Assembly: GCA_050084515.1 (NCBI GenBank) | Contig: CM114271.1 | Location: forward strand, 15,252,001 to 15,316,000 | Length of the DNA: 64,000 nt | Reading direction: 5' to 3' | Source: Blasia pusilla | Lineage: Eukaryota | Shown here: positions 13,301 through 27,100 of the stretch, one piece after another | Numbering within the stretch: position 1 is the first letter of the stretch | Layout of the letters: the number at the start of each line of letters is the position of its first letter | Notes under the pieces: generated by a model | The model's database searches: none | What the model was told of the DNA's origin: nothing | Seen by the model: the letters and a program-made list of their open reading frames with translations, nothing else | Position numbers and translations under genes: made by a program

Positions 13301-16300
13301 GTAGAGTCATAGGATACTACCCATCCCTTCGACAATAACATAGTTCTGGCAGCCTTGGAGGTGTTCGCATAACTTTTTCCAGCTTTTTCTTTCCTTGTTT
13401 CTCCATTTGTCTTCACCGACAAATGGAGAAACAAGTTACACAAAAATTGTCCAGGTTGGACCATCTTCTACAACACATCTTTAGTTACAGTCTAAAGAGA
13501 AGCAAAACTGTCCTCACTTTCTCCCACCAGTAGTTAAGAAACAAGAACACTTCATGTGGCCAACACATGGCCATCGGTTTAGTTTGCAGGAATTTGTCAA
13601 TAATTGGCTCTGCAGATCTGAAGATTGTACAACCCTCAAATCCTAAGATGCATTATCTTAATGTCTCCTTACTTTTTACTGGGCCAAAGTCCCTTGAGAT
13701 TGCCTGTATGGATGAAGCCAGGATCCCGCCAACCAACTGTGTTTGCAGGTGCTCCTACACAATCAAGCCAGCTTATTAGCCAGTCCTTCAGTGTGAAAAT
13801 TGGAAACGGAAGCATAATGATAGGATGCAACTCCCTAGGGATGAGAGGATCTACCGCAATTGCTGGACATTAGACCACACAACAGAAGAAAGATAAATGA
13901 TTTACTTCGGCAGATTGCATCATAGGAAAGTAGTGAGATTCATTTTATCTTCAGGTTCAAGACGCATAACCAGTCAGCTGGTTCCTCAGTTCTACAGATC
14001 CTGGATGTCTCTGCAGTTTGGTGGGACTGGTTTCGAGAAGACTACTGAGAAAAGCTAAAGATTCTGTGGCTAAATGAGTTAGACAAATAATTGGATTTGG
14101 AATCGACCCTCGTATGGCTTCTGCTGGGGTAGCCACTCTTGTTTGATAACTCCCTAGGTGTGTGGTCTCCTTGGACGTTAAAGATGATGCTGTTAATTAC
14201 TAGTGACAGCATGTGGGCGCAACCCAAAAAATTACTTTGAGAGTGTTGAGTAATAGATTTGTGTGGATTGGGCAAATTGACGTTCCATTCCTGAAGTCTT
14301 CAGATCTTGAGAGGGATGAATTGGATGCCAACAACAAAATTGAACTTGGATAGGCTTAACTACAAAAGCTCGGCAGAAATTGTAAGAGTTTACTGAACTT
14401 GTCTATTATCTCTACCAAGTGAAGTCCTGGAGTTGAAGAGGTTTGAATGACCAAGTCTTCACGCATCATCCCCAGCAACGACACCCCAGCCATAGCAAAT
14501 AAGTGTACTACCAAATGTCTTGCTTCCTGACTCAGGTAGGGGTTTAGGTGCACCGCAAACACTTCTCCATCACTTTGAGTACTACAAATGGTCTCATTAG
14601 TCCAAAGTGGAATATTGGCAAGACAAATCAAAGATGGGGAGATGGTAATGGAATATTACCACACATATCATTTCGAGTAAATGTAATAGTTCCTGCTGAT
14701 GTGGTCACCCTATCCTTTTCCTCTATCAAACCCCAAACCACAAGAGGAATGGCTTCTGCTGCATCATAACCACTCGTCCACGTGACTGTCATCTGCAGAG
14801 TACACTTTACTCATATAATTTCACAAACTCAAACGCTAGCTCTCATCCTCCACCTTCCAATCCTTGAAAAAATACTCACTTTAGCACAAGGCAAACTCTA
14901 ACAGCACTCAATGCCCCCCAAAAAAACAAAAACTTTTCAGAGGGTCACACAGATATTTAGTACCACATTAAAGATCAGACTTGTCATCTTGTCTCTTAGG
15001 TTTATCAGCAGAATAGACACGAAGTTCACTGAGAATGCTGCTCTGAAGGGTAGCTTGAATATATGTGCACTGCACATTTTCACAATTCACCTACCTCATC
15101 CCAATGTTGTCCATTTGCAAGCCGCACAAAACGCGGGGCCTTCGGATTTGTAAACCTGACGGTATTCGATATAGCCAAAAGAACTGGCTGCAAAAGAAGA
15201 AACATCAAACCTTAATAAGTCTATTTTGACCCCAAGTGGGAGTGGGGATATCCAAAGTCGAGAGAGACCACATGCAGGATCTACCATAGACAAGACTTGA
15301 AGCAGCTTCTTACAGCCAAGAGAACTCCCTCATACATTCACATGGTCCATGCGGTGGAGTTGCAATGAGGTAATGAAGTTCAATAGTGCTGATATACATA
15401 CACTGGTAAGATCACCCTTGAAGAAGCCAAAAGCATAGTCGGCCCTCATATTGACCAACCGAAACCTGTAACTTCCTTTTCCTTTGATAGCATAATCCAG
15501 CGTTGAGGAATTCGCATAAGTGTACTTCACAAAGTAGAGATATGAATGTCAGGATAATATTGGATAGCTTCAAGACCAACAATGTCAGTAACATGAAAGC
15601 ATTTGTCCACTCACCTGGGTGAGCCGTACAAGTAAAATGAGCTAGAAAAAAGGACAATGAATGAAGTGGTTTATTGTCCACAGGGATCCATTAGGGCCAT
15701 GGGACTCTGATTTGAAACTTTTGGAACAGCTGAACAGGACAGAGCACAGCCCAGGAAGTCTTGTGACCTCTGAGAGAATGAGATACAGTGTGAGCCAATG
15801 AATCCTTAGAATACAGTCCTCTGAGACCTAGAACTTCCATGAGCCTAAACAAAAAAAAAAACTCAAAGCAAAGGGAATCAAAAGTTTCATTTATGAAAGA
15901 TCAGACAAGTTAAAGAGAACTAAGTGCTGCACACACCTTGCAGAAGAGAACTTGGTCTTGAGACTACCATACTAAGTAACTGGGAGTGTATTTGAATTTC
16001 TTCTAAAAATTCGACGACTCTACTTGAAAGAAAATTTTCACTCTGGAAATGTAGGTACTTCCAGAAAGATGTCTGCATAAAAGTTCTAACATCCTCAAAA
16101 AGCCAGATACAACTTCAGTGTAGTTTAGAAGATAACCTTGATGGGAGCACTGCAAATCTTTGGTATTTGGGTATTGTCAGGTAATCCTTGCGACTCTGAA
16201 CATAAGGACCCACTGCAAGACAAAAACTGCCAATTCTCGGTCATGCTGACACAAGCACAACAAGAAGATCCGATCATGGAACACTTAGGAGACGCTAGAG

Positions 16301-17261
16301 CTAACAAATAGTTTAACAAGAACAGGAGAAGGAGAGAGATCAAATCAGACGATTGGGAAAAGTTGTTTATGAATCTCTAGGAGCAAGAGCAACTCGGATA
16401 ATGTGATCAGCTGCAAGACTCTGTGGAAATGAACTGAATTCTTCCCCATCTTCCCAACAGCATATGCAATCATTTAAGTTTTCTCTCTCTAAACTCAGAG
16501 CACAAATTCTAGGACAACCTCAAAGGTGACATCTGTAGTTCATATGTAGATTTCTATTCCCGACAAGATCTATGGCATGGACAAAGACCCAAATTTTGAA
16601 CCAAATTGCCTACTTGAAATCAGCAGGTGAGAAGACTCCAATCCAATCGGTATTCTCAGCTGCTGAAGGCCTTTCGAACTCCACAGTCACATACTCTGCA
16701 TCTTCCCCCTGGACAAGACCATGTGATGCAATCGTGATTTTTCGTTAACTTGTTGTTTTGGAGGAACAGAAAATGAGCACCAAACCTCTCCTTGATTTCC
16801 AAATGCCATCTCATATCCATTAATGTATTGACTTCCCTCACTATGGCAAATGAGGCATCTGGAAAAGATGGTGATGTCAACGTGGCCAGATCAACAACTA
16901 ACCACCAATATTACCAACAGAGAAAGCTCTATATCGCTTCATGTGACCAATCAAAGAACAGTAACTCAACTTTTCTCTTTCCAGACAGAGAAAGACGAAG
17001 GTATTGTTAAATAGCCGAAGCTAGTACTGAAGTATTGACAAAATCAACTCGCTATGTAAGGAAGAAGAAACATCCGCATGCAATGGCTGAAACAAGCACC
17101 TTGCTCCCAAGAAGATCAGGTGAGGCTGTGATGGACACACTGGAGTCAAGTTCCAAGACGGCTCGATGTAAGGCTATCCTTCCCAGTGGTTGTTCCGTAT
17201 AAGTTGCCCATGTTCGAGCAATTGTCAGTATGAATGCCAGGATCACCCACTTCAACTCCAT
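10356..17261 (-). CDS. Purple acid phosphatase / nucleotide pyrophosphatase-phosphodiesterase (PAP1/PAP24/PAP27/NPP-type), secreted, 12 exons
   Basis: Exons 17261-17100, 16708-16614, 16212-16137, 15524-15402, 15187-15095, 14792-14660, 13754-13673, 13152-13020, 12745-12540, 12252-12127, 11252-10946 and 10667-10356 join in frame. The N-terminus MELKWVILAFILTIARTWA looks like a signal peptide. Other motifs: EQPLGRI, DWIGVFSP, MTVTWTSGY, GWRDPGFIH, and the metal-binding GDMG, GDLAY, GNHE, IAHR and GHAH. Confidence 0.93.
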
Positions 17262-19121
17262 CGCAAGCAAAGCTCTATCACATGTGCACCAAAAATCCAA
17301 AGGACCGCCCCGTTTAGCAACAAAATGCACACACACACACCAGACATGCCAGTCGAATGTCAACCACATCAGTACAAGCATGAAAGTGAACCAGCTCGCC
17401 ACAAGCTGCAGTTTTAGCAGCAGATGCTAAATTTGATTCCCATTGTACTTACCCTTTTGTGGAGCACATTTCTGGCAAACCATTTACCAATAATTGCAAT
17501 GACGATGGAATACGGAAATCGGGTAGTGACCTCAATGACAGAATGATGTGCAGGAGACCCAACGGAAAACTGCCATTTTTTCCTAGAGATGGAAAACAAC
17601 AAGATCCATTCTCTGTACTAGGACCTAAACCCAAAAATTGGCCCGACTGCCATCGCCAAAATAATCATCGACTGCCGACTAGCTGTTCGTAAAGTCACGC
17701 TTACATAAGCTGGAATTCAAAACTGAAGTTGATGAGGAAATTGCTCCCGTGACACTATCAGCCCTGCTCCCTGAGCAGATCCACTTTAACCCCGCCCAAT
17801 AAAACCCCTGATCTTACTACTGACTTGCAGTTGACATGTCTGCTTACTGCCACCAACCTCCTGCAATTCGGAAAGGTCTCCTATAACCCAACTGTCCGCC
17901 CGCCACCCCGCCCATCCATCCAGACCCTGACCGTGCATCCATAAATCCACACACGACATAATTTTAAAATGAAGATATAACTTGTGGTGCATTGCGGCAA
18001 TGCCCCACAATAAGCTGAATTCATCTCCTTCCTCCCATCTCCCACCGTACAATTCCAAAGCAGTTAATGCACTAGGAGAGCCAGGAAATCCCGACAAGGA
18101 AAGAGCAGTTACATACATGAGCACCAACCCTTCGCCTGTATCATGTGAAAGACGATGCCTGTCAAGACGAGGCAGAAAACAGAAACTATAGTCGCAACCC
18201 AATGGAGTCCACTCCCCTCCTCATCAATTGAGCCAGTTTCCGAGCTGCTGCCCCCGCCCTAGTACCTCTCCTCTCCCCCTAATTCTGAATTTCTGATCCA
18301 GCCACGACAGACGAGCCAGCACTGGTACTGAAATATCGTGTGCTACAGGATAATCCTTACGGTAGCTCGGAATATTCCTGAACTAACTCTCACTCTATGT
18401 CTCTCTGGCGCATGATCTAGAGCAAAGCAGCTCTTAGGTCCTCTCTGAAGACGCTTTATCCGATTTTACTGTGGTGGAATTCGCAGATCAACGTCCCATG
18501 GTCTTTTGGCATCCCCGTGGGCAACAAGTCACTTCACCCATTCTCTCGCTATCGGGTTGACGATTTGGGGGAGGGGCAGAGTTCGTTTTCCATCACACGC
18601 TCACTGACGCGCAGAATTCAACGACGCAGCACCCAGCGTCTGTAGGCCCGCCCGCCAGCCAAACCAGTTCTCCGAATCTCACCAGCCTCACTGACTCTAG
18701 CACGAGCCCACATAACCCTTGCGATCTCCTCCAGATTCCAGTCCTGCCACAGGAAGACATCATCCATACCCACAACACGAGGAGAAATTCCTGCACAGCA
18801 CTTGCGGATCGCATCCCAGATTCTCTCCATCTTCATCTCCATCTCTCTCTGTCTCAGAGCAAAAGATTACTTCGCTGTGAGTTGAAACTCCGGCATCTCA
18901 GCGAAACATTCCTTATTCCATACGATGGAATGCATGGACGGATCATCCGTACTTGTTTGTCAGTCTATCTGCCTCTGTCGGGCTCTGGCAGGAGTTTCGT
19001 GGCGTCGTTCAAGGGATGTGCTGCGAAAGTGCTCCTCTCGTTTCTTGCATGAAACGCTGAAGTCCACTTTCATGCAAGAGGGCTGTGTTTCCCTTTCCGG
19101 ACAAGTCACTACTATGTCCAC

Positions 19122-19604
19122 TAGGGGGTGTCATAATACCCCTTATCGAGAAAAATGATGCACTTCGATAAAAACGTGTGAAAACCCATCGGAAGTACCC
19201 CTTATCCGGGATTTTAGTGTCCCCGGATCTGTATATCCGGGGACTTGTCGGATCCCAAACCCCTTATCGAGAAAAATGATGCACTTCGATAAAAACGTGT
19301 GAAAACCCATCGGAAGTACCCCTTATCCGGGATTTTAGTGTCCCCGGATCTGTATATCCGGGGACTTGTCGGATCCCAAACGAGTAGCTCCGGAGCTACC
19401 CGTTTTGGCACTTACGGGAAGAATCATTCCCGCCCAGTTTGCAGTTCTTCGCGGGTACTCCGTGGATTAAGGCTGGCGGTTGACATACATGGGCCAGTGC
19501 GCAAAACTGCTGCCCCCTCCCCTTCCGAGAGTAGCCCAGTGAATTTCTGTGCCAAACCCCCTCACTTGGACAATTCCGGATAGGTAGTAAATTGACACCC
19601 CCTA
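19122..19604. mobile_element. Non-autonomous DNA transposon (MITE) with 12-bp TIRs
   Basis: TAGGGGGTGTCA at 19122-19133 and its exact complement TGACACCCCCTA at 19593-19604. TATGTCCAC flanks both sides (19113-19121 and 19606-19614). Confidence 0.78.
19139..19380. repeat. Exact 121-bp tandem duplication inside the MITE
   Basis: 19139-19259 is identical to 19260-19380. Each unit contains the perfect hairpin GTCCCCGGAT-CTGTAT-ATCCGGGGAC. Confidence 0.95.
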
Positions 19605-19759
19605 ATATGTCCACCATGGGAACAAATGGAGGGGAGTCTTAAATGGAAGGATTCCTAGATATGAGAGGAAGTGGTATGTTAGGTCCTTATCCCATGGGCA
19701 AGCGTCGCTCACCCAGCGTTGATCGTTAGACTAGATGACACTCATCCTACGGCTTAGGT

Positions 19760-21126
19760 CAAGTATAAAGCTTGACTATTTGCCAAAGTTTACAGCTAGA
19801 TTGAAGGCCTTGACTACACAGAAAATTTTGCTCCCGTAGAAACATTTACTTCCATAAGAAGCTTGCTAGCATTGGCAGCAAAGCATAATTGTGAGATACA
19901 TAAAATGGATGTAGAAACCGCCTTCGTCTATAGAGAATTGCATGAGGAGATTTACAGCAAACCAAAAGATTTCAAGGATGGAAACAAGGTATGGTTACTA
20001 AAGAAAGCCTTATATGGACTCGAGCAAGCGTAAAGACTCTGATATGAGAAAATTGACTATTATTTTCAGAAGTTGGGCTTTCACAAGAATAGGGCAGATC
20101 CTTGTGTTTCTCACACGTTGAACATTGTGGTTCACATAGCATTTTATGTCGATGATTTTTACTCCTCCGTGAAGAACTGAAAACTATGTAGATGCTAAAG
20201 CATGGACTTAGTGAAGCTTTTGAAATCGTTGATCTAGGAGAAGTTAAGTTTTTGCTCAGAATATAAATCACTAGAAATAGAGATGTTGGTTGGATCAAGA
20301 TGAGCCAAGCCAGATCTGTGAAAAATATCATCGATCGTTTTTCTATAGGTGATTGTAATCCAGTAGGAACACGTATGGAGGTAGGAATCAAGTTTCCCAA
20401 GGAAATGTGTCCTCAAAGTGAATTGGAGATGAATGATATTGCTAAGATACCATATCAGAATGCAGTGGGCTTCATTATGTATGCCATTGTTGCCACAAGG
20501 CCAGACCTTACATGCACACATATTGGGAGTTTTGATCAAGTTCATGCACAACCTTGCCTTGCAACATTGGCAAGTTGTCGAGCGTGTGATAAGATACCTG
20601 AAAGGCACTCACAACTTTTGCCTCAAATATAAAAAAAGAGGCAGAAGTAGATCAGATTGGTTAGAGTGATGCTAATTGGGCAGGAGATCTCAACAATATC
20701 CAATTGACTTCTACATATTGCTACTTGTTGTATGGAGGAGCCATTAGTTGGAGTAGTAAAAGATAATCCACTGTCGCACTTTCTACATGTGAACCAAAAT
20801 ACATCACTTTAACACGTGTTGCCAAGGAGGCAATATGCCTTAGATGCCTCCTTAATGGTTTTGGATGCCATCAAGCAAGGGCTAAAAAAGTGTATGCAAA
20901 TAGTCAAGACATTATTGATCTAACCGAAAATACAATACATAATGCGAGAACAAAGCACATTGATATACAACATCACTTTATACGCAAAAACATTAGAGTG
21001 GAAATTGAACAACATGTGCAACATAGGACATGGCAGTTGATGTCTTCACATAATCTCTCACCAAGGTTATAAACCTAAGGTACATCGAGTTGATTGGGAT
21101 ATACCTAAACTCACATTCGGAGGGAT
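19760..21126 (+). mobile_element. Degraded Ty1/copia RT-RNase H remnant ending in a polypurine tract, with a probable LTR start (TG at 21127)
   Basis: Frame-broken motifs KYKA*LFAK..EGLDYTENFAPV, HKMDVETAF, LKKALYGLEQA, YVDD, PYQNAVG..YAIVATRPDL, SDANWAGD, ISWSSK..STVALST and ARTKHIDIQHHFIR, followed by GGAGGGAT-TGTT. Confidence 0.92.
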
Positions 21127-21491
21127 TGTTAAAATTGCAACTATGAGATCATGAAAAAAATTACGTTCTACTTTTTACTTTCTAACTATGGAAAGTTACT
21201 TTATTATGTGTAGGTAAGAAACCATTTTTATGATTGTTAACTAATCCCTTAAGGTTTCCCAATAGCTTTCTTTAAAGACTATTGGGGTTCAAGATAGCCA
21301 AGGGTTGTCCTATTAGAGCGAGAGGCTTACCAAAACACTCTCATTGTCTTCTCTACTTTTCCTTACTCCTAGACCTGCAAACTTCTTGACTGTTGTCCCT
21401 TCAACTTGGGTGGCTAACCTATTGTGAATGAAGGAGTTGATGATTTCAAAGACCTACTGCTGGAAGAGATAGAGTGTTGCCTAAAGAATAT

Positions 21492-22099
21492 TGTTAAGTC
21501 TCTCAGGATAGATCGATGAGATCTAGTAGAGCGCCTTCGTGAGTAGCGGAGGACATGCTCAGTAGGTCAAGGATGACCTACTGAGGCCCTGGGAAACCTG
21601 AGAGAGCAGGTTTGCCCTTCGTTTCGGTTCATTTGGAGCCATATTGAGGAACTTACTATTTTAAGTAAGTACAATTTTGAATATGTGATCGATTTTTTAT
21701 TTTTGGTAAGTGACCCTTGACCTCCTACATCAGGTCAAGAGCCAAGGAGGTGACTTGGGAGCATAGGTTACCATGGAGAGAGTTTGGGAGAGGCGAAGGG
21801 TATACCTCAAGGAGAGAGAGCTTGAGAGCTCATTCTCTCTTTGTTTAACCTCTTGGCATGAGGCGGCGGAGCTATGGTCTTGTTCGCCTTGTGTGTGTAA
21901 CCCAAGCCTCTCATTAGGAGATTGGCTTTGGTTTGACATTAAGAGAGACATGTGAAAGTGCACACATGTGAGAACTATGGTGTTATGAGAGAGATTGGAT
22001 CTTATTTTACAAAGAGATATTTTGGTTCTTTTTGTCTCGTTGTTTGGATGCCATGAGTTAGCATGGGATCGTGCGTGTTTGTGTGTGTGTTCGGTGACA
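21492..22099 (+). mobile_element. 608-bp TG...CA unit corresponding to the two fused ends of the 41484-50044 element (solo-LTR-like, or an internal-deletion derivative)
   Basis: 21492 to about 22016 aligns to the reverse complement of 50044 to about 49520. About 22013-22099 aligns to the reverse complement of about 41568-41484. Identity is high (roughly 90% in segments checked by eye). The unit begins TGTTAAG and ends GGTGACA. No TSD was found. Confidence 0.85.
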
Positions 22100-24130
22100 G
22101 CGATATGTGTTGTGTAGCAATGTGTATGCGCACGACAGTGTCGTACACATACACATCGCTGGTCACATCTACACATCATAGAACACCGATCTTCCCAACA
22201 CAGGGGTCGATCCAGACATAAACGAAATACACTCACGCATATAGACCCAGACCGCACAACAAAATCAGAGAAAAAACGGCTCACCCAACCTAAACTCGAC
22301 TCTTGGATTTACATCCACCCCCCGCTATGAAGGAATCCGGATGCTAACGCCCTAATTCCTATACATATACAGACATGTGCAAGAGAGGTGCTCGTAAAGC
22401 CCAACATGAGAAAGATGGTTTGGTATATCCATCTTTCCCTCTCTTATACCATTATGAAGAGCCAAAAGGCTCTACCAAAAAAAAGAACCATCCGGATGGT
22501 AACCTGCATGCATATGTTACAAGATTACCGTGGACTCAATCAATGAATCACCTTACTGACAAAGACCATAATAGGGAAATCGACATAAACGCCATTCTCA
22601 ATGCAACAAATCTATTGCCAATCTTATCCGACATCTCAGGACGAAGTTACACCCGAACATCCGACAATGCAGACATACCAAAACTCTTCAATCCTGTGCG
22701 TCCTCGAAGACCTTCTAACTTCTGTTTTGCCAAAAAGAGGAGTACATTGTAAAGTGGCGTAGGTGTTCCAAAATAGCTCAAGATAATACTACTAGATCAA
22801 ATTACAAGGTAAATCATAATTTGCGTGCATGGTAAAATACAGAATGTTATGGTTGAAACAAGCACACTGTTGCAATGATAGTTTTATGCCCATGATTTTG
22901 AAGTGGAATCTCTCAACTTACTACATCCACCTGCAATGACTGAAACGAGCACCTTGTTCCAATACTAGTTTCATGATCCTGTCGATTTTGGCATGAAATC
23001 TAGACTTTTGGCATACATGGGGAAAATGGAAAAGGTAATTCCTTCCATGCTTGTGAGGATTTCTTCCGTCAACACAACATGTGATGAGCACAAGAGTCCA
23101 TTTTATAAAAAATGTCTACTTCTTCTAAAGATCAAACCTATCACTTCATTATGGCCTCTACATACACTCGGCCTCTACATACACTCGTCGTTATTTTTCT
23201 CACTATCTAACTTATCCATGTGTCCTTCAAGCGAATACAACAATTAATCCTCCTCTCCAATTCCCCCCTCTCAAGGCTGCACACTGGTTTGAATACATTC
23301 GAGTCCAGGGAAACGCATTATCCCATCTAGTAATCAAATTTCATTTCTTTTAAACCAACATCTTTCAATTGCAATAGAGATTTGCAAGGATGAACTAAAA
23401 ACTTATAAGATTTCACAATAAAATGGAGGTTTAAAACTGGAAACCCCTGCTACATTCATGGTTTGTTGCACCCAACATTTTGATACTTCCCACATGACTC
23501 GGACTTTCCCACATGACTCAGCCTATCTTTCGATTACAAATTATTATTCTGAGAGGCAAAGCCAGAATACTTACTCCATTCTGTGACTTGGGTGCGGCTA
23601 GTACATGCCATAGAAAAAGAGAGATTTCAACTTCCCCTCCCTTAATCAACCTTACACATAGGCACAAAACTCCACCACAAACTTCCAGAAATAGTCGTGA
23701 ACGGTAGAGATCCTCCCTATGGTGTGAAAATAAAAGAATTTAACGAGTGATCCTAAAGATAAGGAGTTTCTGCAATACCAGCTGCCTCCACCGGTAGATC
23801 GATACAACAGCACCCATGTTGAGAATTCTAGGTTGATTGATATGAAGTTGGCACCCAGCTAGCGGAACTACCTTATTGAGAATACCCTTCAAAACCCTAT
23901 GAAAGGCAAAGTTACTACAGATTCAGGGCCAAAGGTCTTGGGATAAGTTGTGAGACCTCCTGTGGAATAGAAACTTTCGACATTGACCAAAGCCTGCTTT
24001 GTACATATAGTAAGCTGAATGCGCTCATCAAAACTTCTACTAAAGGCAGTTTCGGTTCATTCTCTGTCTAAGTTGTTGCCAATATGATACATCTATTGGG
24101 TAAGCCTGCTTACTTGAGCCTCCTTCATTA

Positions 24131-27100
24131 TCATCTTCCACTACTAAAATTAAGCCTTGAAAAGAATGAGCTTGGTGAGCTGGGCACAGGCTCAACAACA
24201 GCTCCTGGAATACTTAAGGGTCGTTCACTTGCTCCGGCGTTGCTGTAAGTGTCATGGCATCTCTTCAGCTGCATGTAAAGTCAATAGTTAGAAACATCAT
24301 AAGAAACCAACTCCCACTACATGCCCAAATTTACAAACAGCACTCCCTCAACAACTCACCAACTATTATAAGCCAAAGTCAACTGACAGTTTGCCTTGAA
24401 CAAGTTTGCAAAGATTTAACTTTTCTGAGCAATGTAAGCAAATGCTGTTCTTTAGGTGAGATCAATTTGTAGTGAGATAAGCTTGTCTAACAGATCAAGA
24501 CTAAGGTCACGAGTTGACCAGCAAATAAATTCTTAAGATACAAGTCACACCTCTTCCGGGCTGAACTGTAAAAGCATTGCAATGACTGGGAGGAGAGCCT
24601 CTACTTCACCTGCAATAGCAGAAGAACATAAAGCCTCAGTACTGATCTGAAGTAAACCAGAAAATTAATAATAATATACATAAATATACTCAATTCGTTG
24701 TACATTATACGGACCCATTCATAAAACTTTCCTAGTTTCCAACTTCCTTCTAAAATATTACACCTAGTCAATTTTAATTGGTCTGTAGAAGTATCCTTTT
24801 ATTATAGGAAGCATTTGAGTGATTTAACTTAGAATACGATATGTGGACATCTACTTTCAGTGATAAAGGAGTCTGTCTACTCATTGGCACTCATTAATTA
24901 CACGACAGTGGGTGAGCTACATATTCGGCCAAGAATACTCAGTACTAAGGTACTGAGAAAAGTCAACCATACCAGTTTCAAGCAACTTAAGAATGACATT
25001 TTTCAAATATGTCATATCCACACCATCACGCTTGTGTGCGCGCTCCAACTTCCGGACTTCCTCCTTCAGTAGGGCTTCCTGCCAAATCATCAATTCGACA
25101 ATTAGGAACAATTCATCCAACTTCCATGACAGGGTGAGAAGAAACCCAAGTTTGTTAGTTTCATGCTACTGAAATGAAATTCAGTTTTGAACTTATTATA
25201 AGCCCCAAAAGAGGGTTGGATTCTTGCGTGATTGAAGACATCGAGGGCATTCTAATGATTTTAAATCACATCCAGCTGTGACACCGAGATCCTTACTTGT
25301 TGACTGTGAAGCTGATTTTCCTGTTCCAGCTCTGCCACCTCTTCCTGGAAGATCCACACGGGAATCACTATCTTCAGCAAGCAACCTACTCCTAGTATGA
25401 AACATACCCTTTGCACATTTACCACTAAATGATACAAACGGAAAGATAATGCACTGCCAAAACCACTGATCTGAATCACTTTAAGAACATGCAATTGATG
25501 AAGCTACAATTAAGATCTTACTTGGCGGATGGTGGATGCATTCTGGATAGTTCCAAATGAGCATTGCCCAACACTACAAATTAAATGTCACTCCATCCTA
25601 GGTAAGGCAGCAACAACTTATTGTTTCACCCCCTCTTGATAGCTACAAGCTGAGTGATTGAGTTGATAGTGAAAAAGATCCAAATGTGGTACATTATTGA
25701 AATGCCAGCTATCACTTGGCAACAGTTTCAACCTCAAAATAACAGCAGGGCATGAAAGAATTCTTACCTGCAAAACTTTAATATGCCGTCGGCATTGAGA
25801 AACTTCCTCTTCCCTTTGAGCCTGTTGCCTTGCCAACAACTGGAGAAGATTTGGAGAAGCACAACAAATCAGCCAACCCCAAACTGCCAGAATATGAAGA
25901 CATACAATCAAGGGCATCATACAATAGTTCTTAGGAGCAAGTCTTCTATTCCAAGAAATTCAGGAGCTACCACATATATTCCCTGGCCCTAAAGCTCCCC
26001 TCATCATGTATTTTTTGTCTTCCCACACCCACTGAATTTCCTAAATTCTCAATCTCACTCTTCCAGACTTTCTTTCTTAATATTCCTACATATAAGTAGT
26101 CCCTGTTTCCTAAACCCTAAACTGCCAGATCTGCACATATCATTTCACGCAAGAATTATTGTGCTCAATGAGATGTGCAGGTCTGGCAGTGGAAAGGCAA
26201 GAAGGATGACACAGTGATCAAGTAGCCAAAATTTGCGTAGGGAAACAGAGATTGGTTTTATGTTGGACTGCAAGTAGGATATCATTTATTTTGCTATCTC
26301 TGACATAATTAGTGGATTTCCTTTGACCGTCGATTCACTGTCCTGCTGCATATTTCTAAGTCTCGAAATGAGAACACCACCTGAACCAGAGGACCTGTTA
26401 GGTCATCTTTGTCTGGGTTCTCACTGCCACAATTCTTACACAAACTTCAAATAAAAGTCCCATGGCTCTTACTCTGGGCCCCCATGGACAATAGATCAAT
26501 TCACAATGAAGGTTCCACTCATTCACTCTCCTACTTCACTCTGAAACCTGTTTCAGAAAAAGTTTCCATATTTCACCTAAAAATTGCTGTGGGTGCAGGG
26601 GCACAAATACTTTCATCAACTAACTTCAAATGTCAGAGCTTCCTTTTAACCTGATGAATGTTCTAGCAGTCTAAAAGAGTGTAATTGTCTCAAAAAGGGT
26701 TACGGACCAATATTTGATGATCTTCAAGTGCAACCATGGAAGCAGCTGGTTCTGCCTTTTCCAGAGAAGCTGCAAGGTCAGGTAAAAGTTATTTCCTCTG
26801 TTAGAAAGCTGAAGTCCTTAAGATTGTTGTGTACTCCCTGCAGCTGATTCCTACAAGCCTCAAAAACCATACTACAACCATTCAAATCATAATGAATTGG
26901 CACAACACAATTCAAATAGAGCAAGCAGCTAGTACCAACTGTAGAATTCAAGATGTGACTTGAAGGATGAAAATTTACATGCTTTGAAAATTTTGTATCA
27001 AAACCATGAACTACACTACTGAATGAGACAGCGACTTTGACAACACAAGGACCAAGGAGAGGAATCTTTACCTGGCTGACTCGGTTCTTTACTTTGAATC

